From positions 1 through 42,951 of the forward strand of contig CAZIOA010000001.1 in NCBI GenBank assembly GCA_964540835.1: a DNA stretch of 42,951 bases, written 5' to 3'. The position numbers were made by a program, and so were the translations under genes. Source of the DNA: an uncultured Candidatus Saccharibacteria bacterium. Its GTDB lineage: Bacteria; Patescibacteriota; Saccharimonadia; Saccharimonadales; Saccharimonadaceae. The notes below the pieces were generated by a model, which did no database searches, was not told the origin of the DNA, and worked only from the letters and a program-made list of their open reading frames with translations. Below are positions 42,028 through 42,951 of the stretch, in pieces. Position 1 is the stretch's first letter; the number at the start of each line of letters is the position of its first letter.

Positions 42028-42831
42028 ATGAATTTTTCAAAGGAAATGGTCGCAAGACTTGAAGAGCTTGGCGTGTCGAATCGCACGATAGAAAAGCTTG
42101 ATCAGCTGGAAACCGAGCGCGAAAGTTACGGGTACGGGGGCGGTGAAATGCACGGCAAGCACTTCATGCCGTTTGTCGGCGCGACGCGCGCGGGCAAGTC
42201 GACGACTATCGAGCCCATGATTGAAATCGGGCGCGAAGAACTGGGTATCGACATCGCTGAAGTCGGCTCAACTGTCACACGGAAGCGCCGACCAAATGAC
42301 CCTGCCGACTACATAACCGCCGACGAAGGAATGACACACGATGGCATGGTTGAACTTATCGAAAACCGCCAGCTACTGAACTGGTCGCTAAACAAAACCG
42401 GGCACATCTATGGCGGCCAGCCGAGCAATTTCGCTGCGAAATACAACCTCCAGCCATTCCTGCCAGACAGCCTGAACATGATGCGAAAAGCCGGTTTCGC
42501 CACGCTCAAAGTCGTCTATGCCGTGACGCCGGCACAAATCTGGCGCAAACGTTTCCCCGAAAGGGCGTCGAACGCGGACACTAAGGGCAGACTGCACGAA
42601 GCGCTCGATTCACTGCAATTCGGCATGAGCCAGCCCGACATAGTCCGCTACGTCAACCTACCAGGCGACGAAGCGCTACAGAAAGCCTCGCGTACGCTGA
42701 TAAAAATCCTCCAAGCGGAGGAAGATTGGAAACTGACCCGTGAACTCGAAAGTGAGCTTCCGCCCGGCTTTTACCTGCACGGCCGCGGCATGCAACGAGT
42801 CGCGCGTACGCTTCTCCGCGAAGCCGAATAG
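42028..42831 (+). CDS. P-loop guanylate-kinase-like protein
   Basis: GATRAGKST Walker A; STVTRKRRPND resembles the guanylate-kinase S/TTRxxRxxE block. TACAAT box 7 nt upstream of the ATG at 42028 (ORF track 41953). Confidence 0.65.
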   Translation: MNFSKEMVARLEELGVSNRTIEKLDQLETERESYGYGGGEMHGKHFMPFVGATRAGKSTTIEPMIEIGREELGIDIAEVGSTVTRKRRPNDPADYITADEGMTHDGMVELIENRQLLNWSLNKTGHIYGGQPSNFAAKYNLQPFLPDSLNMMRKAGFATLKVVYAVTPAQIWRKRFPERASNADTKGRLHEALDSLQFGMSQPDIVRYVNLPGDEALQKASRTLIKILQAEEDWKLTRELESELPPGFYLHGRGMQRVARTLLREAE

Positions 42832-42848
42832 CGTATACTATAGGTGTT

Positions 42849-42951
42849 ATGGACTTATCGTTCTGGAGACGGCAGGAGCCGGGCAGACCACTGTACCCTG
42901 ATATCGAGTGGAGCAAACCAGAGCAGCGCGGACACGCGGGCAAGCTCGGAA
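42849..42951 (+). CDS. 5' end of an ORF running out of the window (possibly NAD(P)H-hydrate dehydratase/carbohydrate-kinase-like)
   Basis: TATACT box, then ATG at 42849: MDLSFWRRQEPGRPLYPDIEWSKPEQRGHAGKLG, open to the window end. The functional guess rests only on the GHAGKLG pattern. Confidence 0.35.
   Translation, partial: MDLSFWRRQEPGRPLYPDIEWSKPEQRGHAGKLG

Overview
Gene-dense 43-kb chromosomal window, about 50% GC by eye, with short spacers and both strands used. Core content: (1) a complete minus-strand F1Fo ATP synthase operon (atpZ-like, atpB,E,F,H,A,G,D,C; 17.07-24.64 kb) that carries two extra unknown ORFs, one between atpA and atpG and one between atpG and atpD; (2) smpB, pyrH, xth, a Dus-family tRNA-dihydrouridine synthase, an RlmD/TrmA-type RNA methyltransferase, a 1112-aa UvrD-type helicase fused to a PD-(D/E)xK nuclease, two GT4 glycosyltransferases and a glutaredoxin-like protein. 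Accessory content: three tandem paralogous secreted hydrolases with poly-proline tails (1-5.9 kb), a patatin-like phospholipase, further alpha/beta hydrolases, an HExxH protein, a GC-rich acyl-CoA dehydrogenase islet, and a cluster of AAA+ ATPase, small membrane ORF and Pup-ligase-family (PafA/Dop-like) protein (28.2-31.8 kb) with no Pup or proteasome gene in view. I recognised no rRNA, canonical tRNA, CRISPR array, transposase or integrase. Non-coding highlights: a family of about 155-nt palindromic repeats with compensatory stem substitutions (four copies: one in-frame inside dus, one supplying the dus stop codon, one in the atpB-atpE spacer, one in a divergent promoter region); duplicated gene 3' ends next to atpG and smpB; a promoter-driven tRNA-like RNA region (12.7-13.2 kb); and a 0.94-kb ORF-free region with a consensus sigma70 promoter, AGTC-rich repeats and strong terminators (candidate 0.58-kb ncRNA, 40.3-41.0 kb). 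Many genes have a TATAAT-like box 6-9 nt upstream of the start codon (leaderless type). Taxonomic guess, inference only: a reduced-genome Gram-positive-like or Patescibacteria (Saccharibacteria-like) organism with actinobacterial-type domains. All calls come from reading the sequence and from remembered family motifs; nothing was checked against databases.
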